This document shows, piece by piece, positions 51,501 to 64,000 of a DNA stretch of 64,000 nucleotides (within the stretch, counting starts at the first letter, position 1; every line of letters starts with the position of its first letter). The stretch covers positions 310,001 to 374,000 of the forward strand of contig OZ037765.1 in assembly GCA_964035545.1 (NCBI GenBank), read 5' to 3'. The notes under the pieces are model-generated. The model saw nothing but the letters and a program-made list of their open reading frames with translations. It was not told the DNA's origin and ran no database searches. The DNA comes from Bugula neritina (Eukaryota; Animalia; Bryozoa). A program made the position numbers and the translations under genes.

Positions 51501-54500
51501 CAACGCTGCTGCCAAGAGGTACTTTACAAGCTACAATGCTATATCATAGTTGCCATATTTAAGCCAGTAACACAAATTAACACGTTTTATAGTTTTTACT
51601 TTGTATAATCCAGACTCCAACCAATTTAAGCTTCATATATTAATAAGTCAACCATCTATATAAAGACAAGCTATAATTTTATTGGTTTTCAATGCTATTG
51701 TTTATATGTTGTCAGTATAGAGATAATAACCTGAAACATCATATGACTAGCTAACTGCTAACACAATTATATAATATGGCTGACACAGGAAATAAGTTTC
51801 TACTAACAAGGATGTAAGAGACACGCTGGAACATTCTTGTACTTTCCACATTCACCAGATGATGACTCAGCCACTGTGTGAAGAGGTTCATCTTTCTCTG
51901 GTTGTTGACACCAGCTCGGATTAATATGTCGCTTTGGCCGCTTTTCTTCAACCAATGAGCAGTGAGCACAGATATTGGTACAAGTAATCTTACTTGCTCT
52001 CCACGTAGAGTTGACGTATTTCACTGTTGACTGAGTAGCAGAGGTCAACATTTTCCAAGCTCCACATATCCTCTGACAGCTGGTTGCAACGGAAATGGTG
52101 AGTTTACGAGACTTGTAGTCGTGGAGCAGCTGCAGATTGCTATCACCATTTGTTACCGCCACACCGTTTTTTCTGACCACTTTTTCTGTGCAGTATTGGT
52201 AACCATTGAGAAGACTCACTGAAATCTGGTGGTAGACATACTGGGGGAGGGGCAGCCCACCAAACGCCATGTCTACTGTTAGTTTCACAGGCTTTCTCTT
52301 GCAGGCAGTCAGGTTTGTGAGGTAGTCCTGAGAGAAATATGGCATAGCATAGGTTGGGGTACCAGACGCATCCTCCGTCTTGATTAGCAACTGAAAGGAG
52401 CTCAGCAATGTGACTGCCACATCCATTTTTTCTCTGCTGGTAAAGCTTGTCTCAGAAATTAGAAGATGTTGCAGAAGTTTCTCTCTCATCATCCCAGTTT
52501 GAAGAAATTCCTGAGCTAATTCATTGAACTCAACGTCACAATCAATCAGGAAGTCAACCAGAGTATCTTCTGTAATCCTTAACTGCCGATTAGTCCACAC
52601 TTCCTTCTCGTGAGTGAACAGCACATGAAGCAGTTCGGTAACCACAGATATATCATAGAATATCAAAGTCTCCAGACTTTCTTTCTCTCGGTACCAAATA
52701 ATATGACTACTGTTGTGTAGATAAGCCAGGATCACTTTGAGTTGGTCTTCATCTGCTAATTTGTGTCGAGTGACCAGTTCAAGAACTTCTGGAAATGTTT
52801 TGTAGCTTCCGTGAAGACTGTTGAGTGTCTGTGCAACATCCTTCCAGAGACTTGGCACTTCCTTCACAACTTGCTGACTCTCAGAGATGATCCGACTTCT
52901 CAACTCATCAAACACTGCCTCATACTCTGCTCCGACCACGTAAACATCCTCTCTTTCAAACATCACATGATTTTGGAAATGACGAATTTCTGCAAAACTT
53001 TTTCCTGGCCAAGGAAAACACCCTGCTGCTGATTTTTCTTCCAGTCGAATCAGTTTAAGGACACTTTCAGTAGCTAAAAGAAAATACTCTCTGAGCTCCT
53101 CAAATGCTTCTTCACTGTAAGCATCTCGATGGGTAAAAACCAGTTTGGGAGCTCTAAGCTCCGGATTTGCCAGGTAGAGGTGTGACAGCCAATCAAAGTA
53201 GGCACAGCGAACGGCCTCATTACCCTTCACCTCCAGATACAACTCTTCAAATTCTTTCATGTTTACAACAACAATGGGAATACAGTTTTGTTTGAGAGTG
53301 AACTGGTACGTAGATTGATATATTTCATTCCCACCAAAGTCAATAAACTGAAGAGTGTTCTCCCCCACAGAGAGTTTCTCTACTCTAAACACCCTCGTGG
53401 TTTCATCTACTGCGGCATCAGCCTTTCTATTGGTCAACTCTCTCACACCATCCGATCTCAGAAGTGTTTTGATCAAACTTGTCTTCCCTGACATCGAACA
53501 ACCAATCACTGCGACAGTAGCTTCTGAGACTTCCAGGGAGCCACCAGACTGGATATCTTTGTAATACTGTTTGACAGCTCCAATTCCTTCTATACAAACA
53601 GCATAAGGCGGGGATACAAGTGATTCACATTCCCTGCAGTCCAGAGATGTGAGATTCTCCATATTCAGGAGTTCAGGGGTGAGTGATGTCATACGGCGGT
53701 TCTTCATCAGGTCAAGAGACTGGAGATTGGTCAGCTGACTCAAGCTAAAAAGTAAACATAGTTCTAAACCAGAATAGTTTTGGTGATTTAATTGTATATA
53801 TTTTAGTTATAGGGAAAGTAGGGCTAGTTGAGCCATGGCGCTAGTAAATAGTTGAAACACATTGTCTAAATTATCTCCTTTACATCATTGAACCATTTCA
53901 TCTCTTTTACTTAAGAGTGTTTTAGGTTAACTACCAGACATATGGAAGTATATGAAACCAAAGCCAAGGTTTTCAGGTGCGCGAGTATTTTCACATTTTT
54001 TGCATAATATATTATATACAGTATACGTAGGCCTATATTTTATCTTACACAGCATCCTGCTATCTGCTGTATATACTATAGTTACACAGGTGAAGATAAC
54101 TTGACCTAAATAATGTAATATATTTTATATAACCGTGCTAACATTTTAAAATATCCTAATCATTGGAGAGCAATTATATTAAATGACTGCTACTATTATT
54201 ACTGCTGCTGTTGCTAAGAGTTACAAGCTGCAGACTGAAGAATAATTTAGTTTAATATTTTATCATTATTTGAGTATCAACTTATCTTATATTCATTATA
54301 TTATACATACTCAGTGTATACTATTATGATGTACCACCTTTACTCCTGCTACAAATTATATTATGACTAATGAGCAAATATCTATAGTGAGAGTTAATAT
54401 AATAATAGTAGATATATGACTCACTCATCTGGTAATGTCTCTAAGTAACAGCTACTCAGATTCAACTTTCTAAGTGACTTCATCTTCAACAGTACATCTG

Positions 54501-56118
54501 GTAATGTCTCTAAGTTATTCCCAGACACATATAATGTGTGTAGCTGTGTGAGTTGAGAGATGCTGTAATATATAATATAGTCAAGTATATGATACAGTAT
54601 CCATAGGCCTATATACATGTTATATACAGTATCTTTATATCTACATATTACAAGATTATTATACACAGGTAAACATAATGTAACTAAACTAACACTATTT
54701 ACAAGTTAATATAGTATATTAGACAAATATGACTCACCCGTCTGGTAATGTCTCTAAGTAATTCCAAGACACATCTAATGTGTGTAGCTGTGTGAGTTGA
54801 GAGAAACTGTAATATATAACATAGTCAAGTATATGATACAGTATATATAGGCTGTATACATGTTATATACATTATCTTCATATCTACATATTACATAATT
54901 ATTATACACATGTAAACATAATGTAACTAAACTAACACTATTTACAAGTTAATATAGTATATTAGATAAATATGACTCACCTGTCTGGTAATGTCTTTAA
55001 ATTATTCATAAACACATTTAATGTGTGTAGCAGTGTGAGTTGAGAGATACTATAATATACAATATAGTCAAGTATATGATACAGTGTGTAGGCCTATATG
55101 TTATATACAGTATCTTTATATCTACATATTACATAATTATTATACACAGGTAAACATAATGTAACTAAACTAACACTATTTACAAGTTAATATAGTATAT
55201 TAGACAAATATGACTCACCTGTCTGGTAATGTCTCCAACTTATTCTGAGACACAACTAATGTGTGTAGCTGTGTGAGCTGAGAGATGCTGTAATATACAA
55301 ACAATGAGATTAATGAGATATTACATACCAATGAGGTCATTGTCACACTTGACATTAGGTTGAGGTATATTTACTCTAGTCACTTTAGAGTTACACTATA
55401 CTATATGCTATAGAAAGTGCTACTATATCCATCTAGTAGAGCTATATACTAGCCGCAGGTAGGGAGTACACAGCTGAGGTGTAAAGCAATGTTATACAGT
55501 ACTATTACCTGGGCTACAATTTTCAGAGTGTATTAGAGTTGTCTGACCCACAGTGAGACAGTATGAAATAAGTAGCACATGTGAGAGGAGGAATATGATA
55601 GGCTGATATTTGGAGTTGTCACGCAACTATATAGAGTGGATATAGACTTACTAGTCTAAACTTCTTGGATCATTTATTCCTCTGATATACAAGTTAATTA
55701 CAAGTGGAGCAAACTCCTCGATAGTAGAAGGTACATCTCCATCTATCTTCAAGTGAGTGATCACATGACCTGCAGTTGAAGCCATGATTTCCTCCTTCGT
55801 GTAGAGCTGTGTTTGTCGGAATAACAACTCTATCTCATCGTCAATTGGTTCCATACCAGAGTGTCTCCACCAACAGTTGTATTTCTCTACAAAACATAAT
55901 ATATCTCTTAGAACTCAGTGTCACACATGTCACACATGTCACACATGTCACACATGTCACAGTATACATACAGTACATATATACCATGATACATCTGTAC
56001 ATATAGTAACCTGGCAGGCTGCTACTCCACATTGTAACTAATACTAAGTATAAATACCTGGAGGTGCACCTGCTGCCACCTGTCCCTCCCCTGAACCATC
56101 TACTGGCTCGTCAGCCAT
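48534..56118 (-). CDS. LRR-Roc-COR-caspase fusion protein, copy B (MFHAS1-like Roco with a C-terminal peptidase C14 domain), ~1201 aa, intact
   Basis: Exons (-): 56118-56058, 55886-55652; LRR cassettes 55287-55219, 55049-54981, 54806-54738, 54562-54425; Roc-COR 53744-51808; 51408-51340, 50994-50825; caspase 50655-50488, 50357-50138, 49567-49418, 49143-49034, 48674-48534. All are GT-AG and phase-consistent, totalling 3606 nt with one open frame. P-loop GCSMSGKTS, G3 DFGG, G4 THRD; caspase YNM..RGKALIINN, RKGS, AHG, GKPKVVVMQACRV, DLLILYS, QTP...TL..KLYLFP. Confidence 0.88.
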
Positions 56119-56553
56119 CTTGTCTCCTTCCCCAAGTGCTACTCTGAAAGACAAGTTATACTCAGGTGTAGGTGTAGTGAGAGAGTGACTTGATGACAGG
56201 TTTGCATGTAGAGTTGAGAGAGAGATAAGGGAGTGTGTGGTATACACTGTGTGTGTCTAGTGTGCAGTGTCTAGTGATAAGGTGGGTTAATAATACAGAA
56301 TGTAAACATATAACATGAGAGCTGAGAAGATAAGATAAGCTGTTACCATAGCAACCGTGAACACTCTACTAGCCCTCACACACTTTATATCAGTTACTAG
56401 GAGGTTAGCCTGTAACTACATAACAACATACTGGAAGGGTGGTTTTTTAGGAGCCCGTACTAAGCACACAATACTAACCACATTGATATCTCAGTATGCA
56501 TTATATTCTAGCTCACTGAACACTATTACATACAATACCTGAATAGATTAGAG

Positions 56554-56901
56554 AAGCCTAGGGCCACACTGTGCGCATTTTCGCATGCGAACATTTAAAC
56601 CACGAGTAGCAAAGGTGTCCACTTTATGCGTTGAGAAAACATTCGCACTCGTCGCTCAGCATTCTGAACGCAAGTGCGAATCGTCTCTGTCGTCGTCACC
56701 TAATTGGCTGGTAGTTATTTAGCGAGCCCAATTCTTTTATTTTAGTGCTATATTCCAGTAAATTGCGTTTTATTAAAAGCGAGTGCGATTTAAAAATGAA
56801 AGCTTTATTTATCACGCATCACTGACGCTACAGTGGACACCTTTGCTACCTGTGGTTTCAATTTTCGCATGCGAAAATACGCACAGTGTGACCCTAGGCT
56901 T
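56554..56901. mobile_element. Non-autonomous TIR element (MITE), ~350 bp
   Basis: ~70-bp imperfect terminal inverted repeats: AAGCCTAGGGCCACACTGTGCGCATTTTCGCATGCGAA...GGTGTCCACT (56554-56623) and its inverse at 56832-56901. No ORF; TSD and superfamily unclear. Confidence 0.8.
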
Positions 56902-56981
56902 AGGCAGAAAGTGCTATGTATTTCTTCATTATTTAATTAAGAAGATATCAAATCTGCATAGTCAGTAGTCATTCCATCATA

Positions 56982-57025
56982 TAAACAAACAAACAAACAA
57001 ACAAACAAACAAACAAACAAACAAA
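56982..57025. repeat. (AAAC)n microsatellite
   Basis: About 11 units. Confidence 0.95.
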
Positions 57026-57885
57026 TGCATTATATTTGAGGTTAGCTAATCTACGTTAGCAAAAACCCGCCACGGTGGTGAAAGGTGACCAAAGGTGACC
57101 AATCTACGTTAGTTAGTCACTAAATGCTTCAAATTGATTCTAGTTCAAGTTACACTCAAAGTTTTCTCCTCTTGAAAAACACATTCCTTCTTTGAAAAAA
57201 GATTTCAAGTTAACCAGTCACTGCCTCACCATATCAACAAACATGGCCGCCATTTGTGCAGTTTGCGTTACTTTTCCTGCTATTTTCCCTCCACTTTTTC
57301 TGCCTTTGCTTTCGCTATATTTTAAATTTACACTTAATAATGTTTGAAAATAAATAAAATAAATACAGATTCAATAATTTTACTTAGAAGAAAGGGTGAT
57401 TGATCACCAGAGAAATATTTGGTTACAAGAGAAGCCAATATTCTGCATATAGCCACTGACTTGAGGCTAACAATTACTTTAGTTACTATCAGATGAAACA
57501 ATTATAGTATAGTCTCAGAATCTGCTTTTAGTACACCAACACCAGCACTCTCTGACTCGAGCACATGACGTCACTGCAATAGAGAGTCGTACAAGAAGGG
57601 TTGTAAAGATTACTAGGATTGTTAGATTCTCACCATCTCCTGTCCTGCACTGCCTGTGTAGTAAACTAACTCTCTGAATAGTCAGTGAATGCATAATAAT
57701 TCCTTCTACTAGTTCTCTAAGAGTTTGTGACTGAAACCTACTGGTACATATGCATAACATAGTTTATTCATTGGCTGTTTGTGCTGTAGAGTTGTGTTCT
57801 CTCATAGGAGTGAGATATTCCTAGCTAGTGCTCATCATGAACACTAGTTAGGAGTTATCTTCTTGATAAGTACTAGGATGTAATG

Positions 57886-58657
57886 CTGTGACTATACTGT
57901 GACTATACTGTGACTATACTATGACTGTACTGTGACGGTACTGTGACTATACTGTGACTATACTGTGACTGTACTGTGACTATACTGTGACTGTACTGTG
58001 ACTACACTGTGACTGTACTGTGACTGTACTGTGACTATACTGTGACTATACTGTGACTATACTGTGACTGTACTGTGACTGTACTGTGACTATACTGTGA
58101 CTATACTGTGACTGTACTGTGACTATACTGTGACTGTACTGTGACTGTACTGTGACTATACTGTGACTATACTGTGACTATACTGTGACTATACTGTGAC
58201 TGTACTGTGACTATACTGTGACTATACTGTGACTATACTCTGATTATACTGTGACTGTACTGTGACTGTACTGTCACTGTACTGTGACTATACTGTGACT
58301 GTACTGTGACTATACTGTGACTATACTGTGACTGTACTGTGACTATACTGTGACTATACTGTGACTATACTGTGACTGTACTGTGACTGTACTGTGACTA
58401 TACTGTGACTGTACTGTGACTATACTCTGATTATACTGTGACTGTACTGTGACTGTACTGTAACTGTACTGTGACTATACTGTGACTGTACTGTGACTAT
58501 ACTGTGACTATACTGTGACTGTACTGTGACTATACTGTGACTATACTGTGACTATACTGTGACTGTACTGTGACTGTACTGTGACTATACTGTGACTGTA
58601 CTGTGACTATACTGTGACTGTACTGTGACTGTACTGTGACTATACTGTGACTATACT
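57886..58657. repeat. 11-bp minisatellite (CTGTGACTRTA)n
   Basis: About 70 units with two interspersed variants (ATA/GTA). Confidence 0.95.
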
Positions 58658-61600
58658 TTTTATATTACATATTACTTTGGTGATTATAATAAATATCAGT
58701 AAATAGCTAAAAACTAGAGATATATTATAGTCTGTACTAACTTAAGTAAAATGACCCATTACTCTGATTATCACGATACATCTTATTCAATAGTATAGAA
58801 GTCTGCATTTTTACAAAATAATAATTGTGATCAACCAAAGTTGCATAATAATTACTGTTACTAAATATTGTGAATTTGGTTTTCCTTTTATTATTCCCAG
58901 AGCTGTCTGTTCTTTATACGGTCCAGTTCCTCAGTCTATCTCTAGTCTCCTCACACAGTGCCTGAGTTATTTATACAGCTTAGTCCCTCAGTCTATCTCT
59001 AGTCTACTCACACAGTGCCTGAGCTATTTATACAGCTTAGTCCCTCAGTCTATCTCTAGTCTACTCACATAGTACCTGAGCTATTCATACAGCTAATTGT
59101 GTAGACCTGGACACCAATTATTCCCTGTTTCCTGAGGTGCATCTCTCATTAGACTGAGTATCCTCACACCTACATGGTAACTAAGGCTACGATATCTGCT
59201 AGAGTGTCACTCAGTACAAACTCTAACAAACCATTCATTCTTCTTGACTGAACACAAAATTAGAATAATCTTTCAAATATAAATTTCCTTTAAACTGAAA
59301 TTGACTTTTTTACATCAACTCTTATTGTTTTGTTTTAATGTGCGATTTCTGAAGGTCAAATAAAATTGTTCATTTAATACAAGTTCTATTAGCCGTAGGG
59401 GTGGGGTGGGTGTGTTTGTAATAGGTTGGGTTGTAGTAGGGGGGTTTCTAGCAGGGAAAAGTTGATTACCACCTGCAGAGCTGTACTTTGACCCCAACCC
59501 TCTGGCATTGTCACTCGTCTCAAGGCACCCCAGGAGCAGGTCTAATACTTCACATCATCAACTGTATTCAAGTTACTCGCCATGCATTCAGTTGCAGTGC
59601 TGTGAGGCATCGTGTGCTACCAGGTTCTTACCTCCTGATCCATAAGAGTGCTACCTATAACTAGAGCAATTCATATCAAACTAATTCACGACTGATGACG
59701 AGACTACATCCCACGGAATAAGATAAGGTCACACAGCAAAGATGAAAAGCTACAACATTGTCTGCTGACTTCTTAATGGCAGCGTTCATGTAGCTCATGC
59801 AACAGATGCTGCTTCTACCAATCATATAACTTTTATTGAGGATGTCTTTAACATGTTTATTTCAGAGTATCAAACTGGCTGTATTGTTATACATATAGTT
59901 ATTCATGTTGTACAATAATTGTTATTTATTCATAATTCTTAGACCTAATTGTTGAGTTTATAAATACACATCAATGCATTGTACAGTTGAGCTATTGAAT
60001 ACAAATTCTATACACATATTAATTAAAAGTATTGACAACCACAGCAGCTGTGAAATCCCTCCTCTCCTTTAACAGACGGTTGCTAATTAAGACACCATCA
60101 CCTGTTTATTATGTAATGTGAATATTTATTAACCAGTTGCTGGAATTCTAACATATCTATTCCAGTTATTACCTCATTTTCTGAGTTATTATATCTCCAT
60201 GTTACATAACTCCATACATTGTTGACATATTTATAGAACCTGGCAACTCTATACAACTCATCTGTCTATCTGAGACAAATATAATCAGAGTAGAGAAAAT
60301 AGCATAGCTTTAGCTCCATGTGTTGAGTAACTGTTATTTATTAGTTCCTTGTCTATAGCCTTAGGTCATAGATTCGCTATTGCATACCTATACTGCAGAG
60401 TTGTCTGTCCACGGTCTTGTACCTGCACACTAAAGCACTGAGAGACACCATGCAGCTGAAATACTTCATTCAGTTTTAAAGCTGTCCTAATAGTTGGTGC
60501 TACATCCGGTATCAGAGCATGCCTAATGACCCTTCCCTCTTATCTCCACTCGGTGTGTATGTTATTGTCTTGAGGAGGTATTAAACACGTATTAAATGCA
60601 GAGTAATTAGTCCACCTGGAACTGGGCTCCACTGCTCATAGACTTGGCTCCACTACTAGCACCAGCCTCATTGTATGAGTAGAGAGTTCTCCCAAGATTA
60701 TGGGCTATGACTTCACACTATACTGAGAAAGTTAACAAATTGGAGATCGAAGTTAGCATGGCTTTCACAAACAGCTAAACATTTGCATTTCAACCAAAGT
60801 AAAAACATCTAAAAATCTGAACAACTAGTGTCCATTTATTTCATTTTCATCAATTTGCTAAAAATAACTAATTTTATTAGTTCACTTCTCTTTTAAAATT
60901 GAAATATAAAAAAATGACTTAAATTTTGGCAAGTAATTTGTATCTAAATCAATTATACTCCTGGACACTCCATATTAGCGGAAAGTATTTCATGTCAGCT
61001 GAGAGTTTTAGAAATAAAGTGTAACACGACTCAGTGACTCATATTTCGGAGTACAAGTTCTATTTTAAGCTTCATTACTTCAAGTCATACGAGCCACTGG
61101 GTAACTGGTTATAGTGTGTGTTGGCCAAATTCATTCAACCATTCAACTTAATGAGTATATCTCAGTATTGTACTCTCTGCAATCTATCTCTGTTCAAATT
61201 AGGTAGTTCTTTATTAGAAAACCTGTAAAATTTCACAGTTTAAAATTGAAATGGCAAAACAAATTTGTATAGTAAGAGCATTTTGTGTGTTCCGTTAGTT
61301 AGTGTAGAAACTCAACAATATGATGGGCTAATTGATTCACAATTGTAACATCTACACTGTAAACAACAGCATGGACCAATAAGATAAGGGTGCATGTGTA
61401 AACATCTGTAAGCATGTGTAAGTGTGTGTAAGTGTGTGTAAGTGTGTGTAAGTGTGTGTAAGTGTACGTAAGTATATTATATAAGCATAAGTAGGACATT
61501 CCAGTATAATAATACAATACCTTGATTGCATAAAAAGTAAATAAGCCGAAGTAATTACACAATTGCACAATTTATTGCTTATGCTTTATTTCAGAGAACT

Positions 61601-64000
61601 TTATTATTTATTGTGTTGTGTGCTCAAGCAGCTGTACAGTGATACTCTACAGTGATTTATTATTTAGTTGAAATGTTGATTAAATGGTGCAATAGCCCTG
61701 AGCAGAGCAGCTGACGGACTAATTAGACTGCCTTTTGCTGCATCCAACGAGATTTTCATTTCCATCTAAAATGCTTCACCTTCTTCCTACAATGCAGTGG
61801 GTTACTATAGCATTAGTGTAATGGGTTGAATCAGATAGCCTGGAAGAGTAGTGTCGGGATTTCCCGCTCTACACTATCATAGGCAGAATGAAGGGAGGAT
61901 TAGAGCACAGGCTATAGGGAATAACTGCTCAGCCAGTGAATGTAACAGAACGTTACGTATGATAATATTATTAGAGATGAATGAATGATGATAAACTCAT
62001 TGCAATGTGAGATGCTGTAGGAGAGGCACTTCAACGCAAAAGAGTATATTACCATAATATAGCGTATAATATGATATAATATATCGTATAATATAATATA
62101 TCGTTACATAATAATATTATTCAGAAGCTGCTGTCACTCGTACAGCTGACAGCTACTCACCTGGTGACTGACAGCACCCAGCAGGTAGTTGCAGGTAAGC
62201 TATTATTCATGTTCCTTACTTCTAGTGAAATAAGCAGCATATATAAAGGCATCTTACTTTTTATATTATTTCTTCTACTGTTTTGCAGAAATACTATTGA
62301 AATACTCTTTTTACAACTGCATGTTTATGTAGAGTATGATCTAGCTGTTACGCAGTGAATAACTTTGGTAGGAGATATATTATTGAGTTAGTTGAAGTTG
62401 TAATTACATGCACATGGTAGTCCAAAGAGTGTTGGTGTCTTCAAATACTTTTTAAATAGAGAACTGCAATAACTAAATTAGCAGAGTCTTTCTGTCACAT
62501 GAATATTTTTAAGAAATTTACAAAAACCTAAAAGAGTAATTAAAGGACTGTGAGCTGCAGATATTAAACACTACAAACATGAATTACTCAGTAAATGTAG
62601 TGCTATAGTATAGTAGACAGTATAGTTAATAGTACATCATGTATGACTGTGTACTATACTACGTAGTACTAGTATATACTGGCCTGTCCAGGTGAATGAC
62701 GTAATACTATGTGGGAGGTAGAGTAGGAAACAATATGCACTGTGCCAATTTTAAACTGCATTGGATTGTAAAGAATTTGAAGGAAAAAAGTAAAAAAGAT
62801 ATCGAAACTGGTTTATGAAATTGTAGCCACCTTTCAAGTACCAACAATATCAATTTAGATTTAGAAATAGACAAAATTATTTAAAGACAGAGTTAGGTCC
62901 TGGGGCTAATGTGTAACATGTATAGGGTGGGTTTAGAAATGCTCCTTAATAACAGAGTAGGTCCTCCATCCATTCAGAGTGCAGAGGTAACTTGGATAAT
63001 ATAGCTTATAAAATAAAATAAATTGATGATAAATAATTGTCTATGTAAAAGAGACCCAAAGGAGTAATAAGACGTGATGCAAGATTGTAATAACAATTAG
63101 TGAGCATTGCAATTGTTAAACTTGTATGCTCACTAATGACGTTCTTGAAAGGTCAGCAATGAGGTGGCCGACAGCAGTTAGCTAACAGCTGTGCTGTCTC
63201 TCCACTCCACTCACGGCAGCAGGTATATCTGGGCTCGTCTCTCAGCCAATCAGAAGCTACATGGCTGTTTCCAAAAGCTGTTTGTTGTGTTTAGAGATCA
63301 ATTTTTACAAAATACTTTTTTGTATTTAATCCAGCTGCAAATCTATAGCATACTGAGTGTAGCTCAATAACATGCAGCGTGAGTTTATTGCAGTATAACT
63401 ATAATATAACGTAATTACAGTATAATATTATATAGTATAATATAATATTATGTTATAATTACAGTATAATATAATATAGCATAAAATAGCATAATATGAT
63501 ATAATACAACATAGTAATATACAATACAATATATAGTATAACACAGCATACTATAATATATTACAGACTAATACAATATATAATATAATATACTGTAATA
63601 TGGTATAAGGTAGTACGCTATCATGATATAATAATATATATCTTGTTATTCATCTCTATATATATAAATGAATAATTTAATTTTTAGCTACAACATGGCT
63701 GATACAAATGAGTCAAGACTGACTATTCAATTCACACTCCATTAGTTCTAATAAAATTCATTTATAATAATATTTTAATCATCGAAATTAAACCAACCAT
63801 AAAACGTAATGAGTCATAAACAGCTGGCAGCTTGCCAACTAACTGTTTTCTTCAACACAGGTGAGGGCGTTATACCCCCTCCCGTACTACACAACTATGG
63901 TGATGGGTACAGGGTCTTTAGTCCAGTGCTGTATTTCATCCAATATACTGAAGTTATGATTGTAACAGAATAGAAAACAGTTTTATAGTTTCTGAAATGA

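Larger units (their letters stand above)
45499..56509. repeat. Tandem segmental duplication, copy B
   Basis: Collinear with 30491-43594; separated from copy A by a non-duplicated 1.9-kb spacer (43595-45498). Confidence 0.93.

Noticed and set aside
62130-63910. Exon-like GC-richer patches with splice-like signals (62130-62195, 63150-63222, 63861-63907)
   Set aside because: The 63150 patch has stops in all three frames and no recognisable protein emerges; these may be UTR exons of a gene beyond the window but cannot be supported.

Overview
AT-rich eukaryotic (invertebrate animal-like) genomic DNA with GT-AG spliced genes and many intronic minisatellites; it is not prokaryotic, and the species cannot be determined from sequence alone. 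In order, the window holds: a two-exon RITA1-like gene (+); a young Ty3/Gypsy LTR retrotransposon (2661-10238, identical 271-bp LTRs, ATAT TSD, tRNA-Leu PBS) with an extra zinc-finger ORF; a C8orf34-like gene (-) head-to-head with a ~19-exon OFCC1-like gene (+), which carries a same-strand nested Ly6/uPAR gene in intron 3; and an 11-13 kb tandem duplication. Each copy of the duplication holds a minus-strand gene that, when spliced by hand, joins LRRs, a Roc GTPase, a COR region and a C-terminal caspase domain in one polypeptide. This LRR-Roc-COR-caspase gene is the best candidate for an undescribed system. Its LRRs sit in symmetric 69/138-nt cassette exons that differ in number between copies (8 vs 5 repeats) and vary mainly at predicted ligand-facing residues. 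Copy B is intact (~1201 aa); copy A has a 1-bp frameshift before the caspase small subunit. A second recurring signal is minisatellites that duplicate exon-intron junctions. All gene models were built by eye from splice signals and phase consistency, and family names come from recalled motifs, not database searches.
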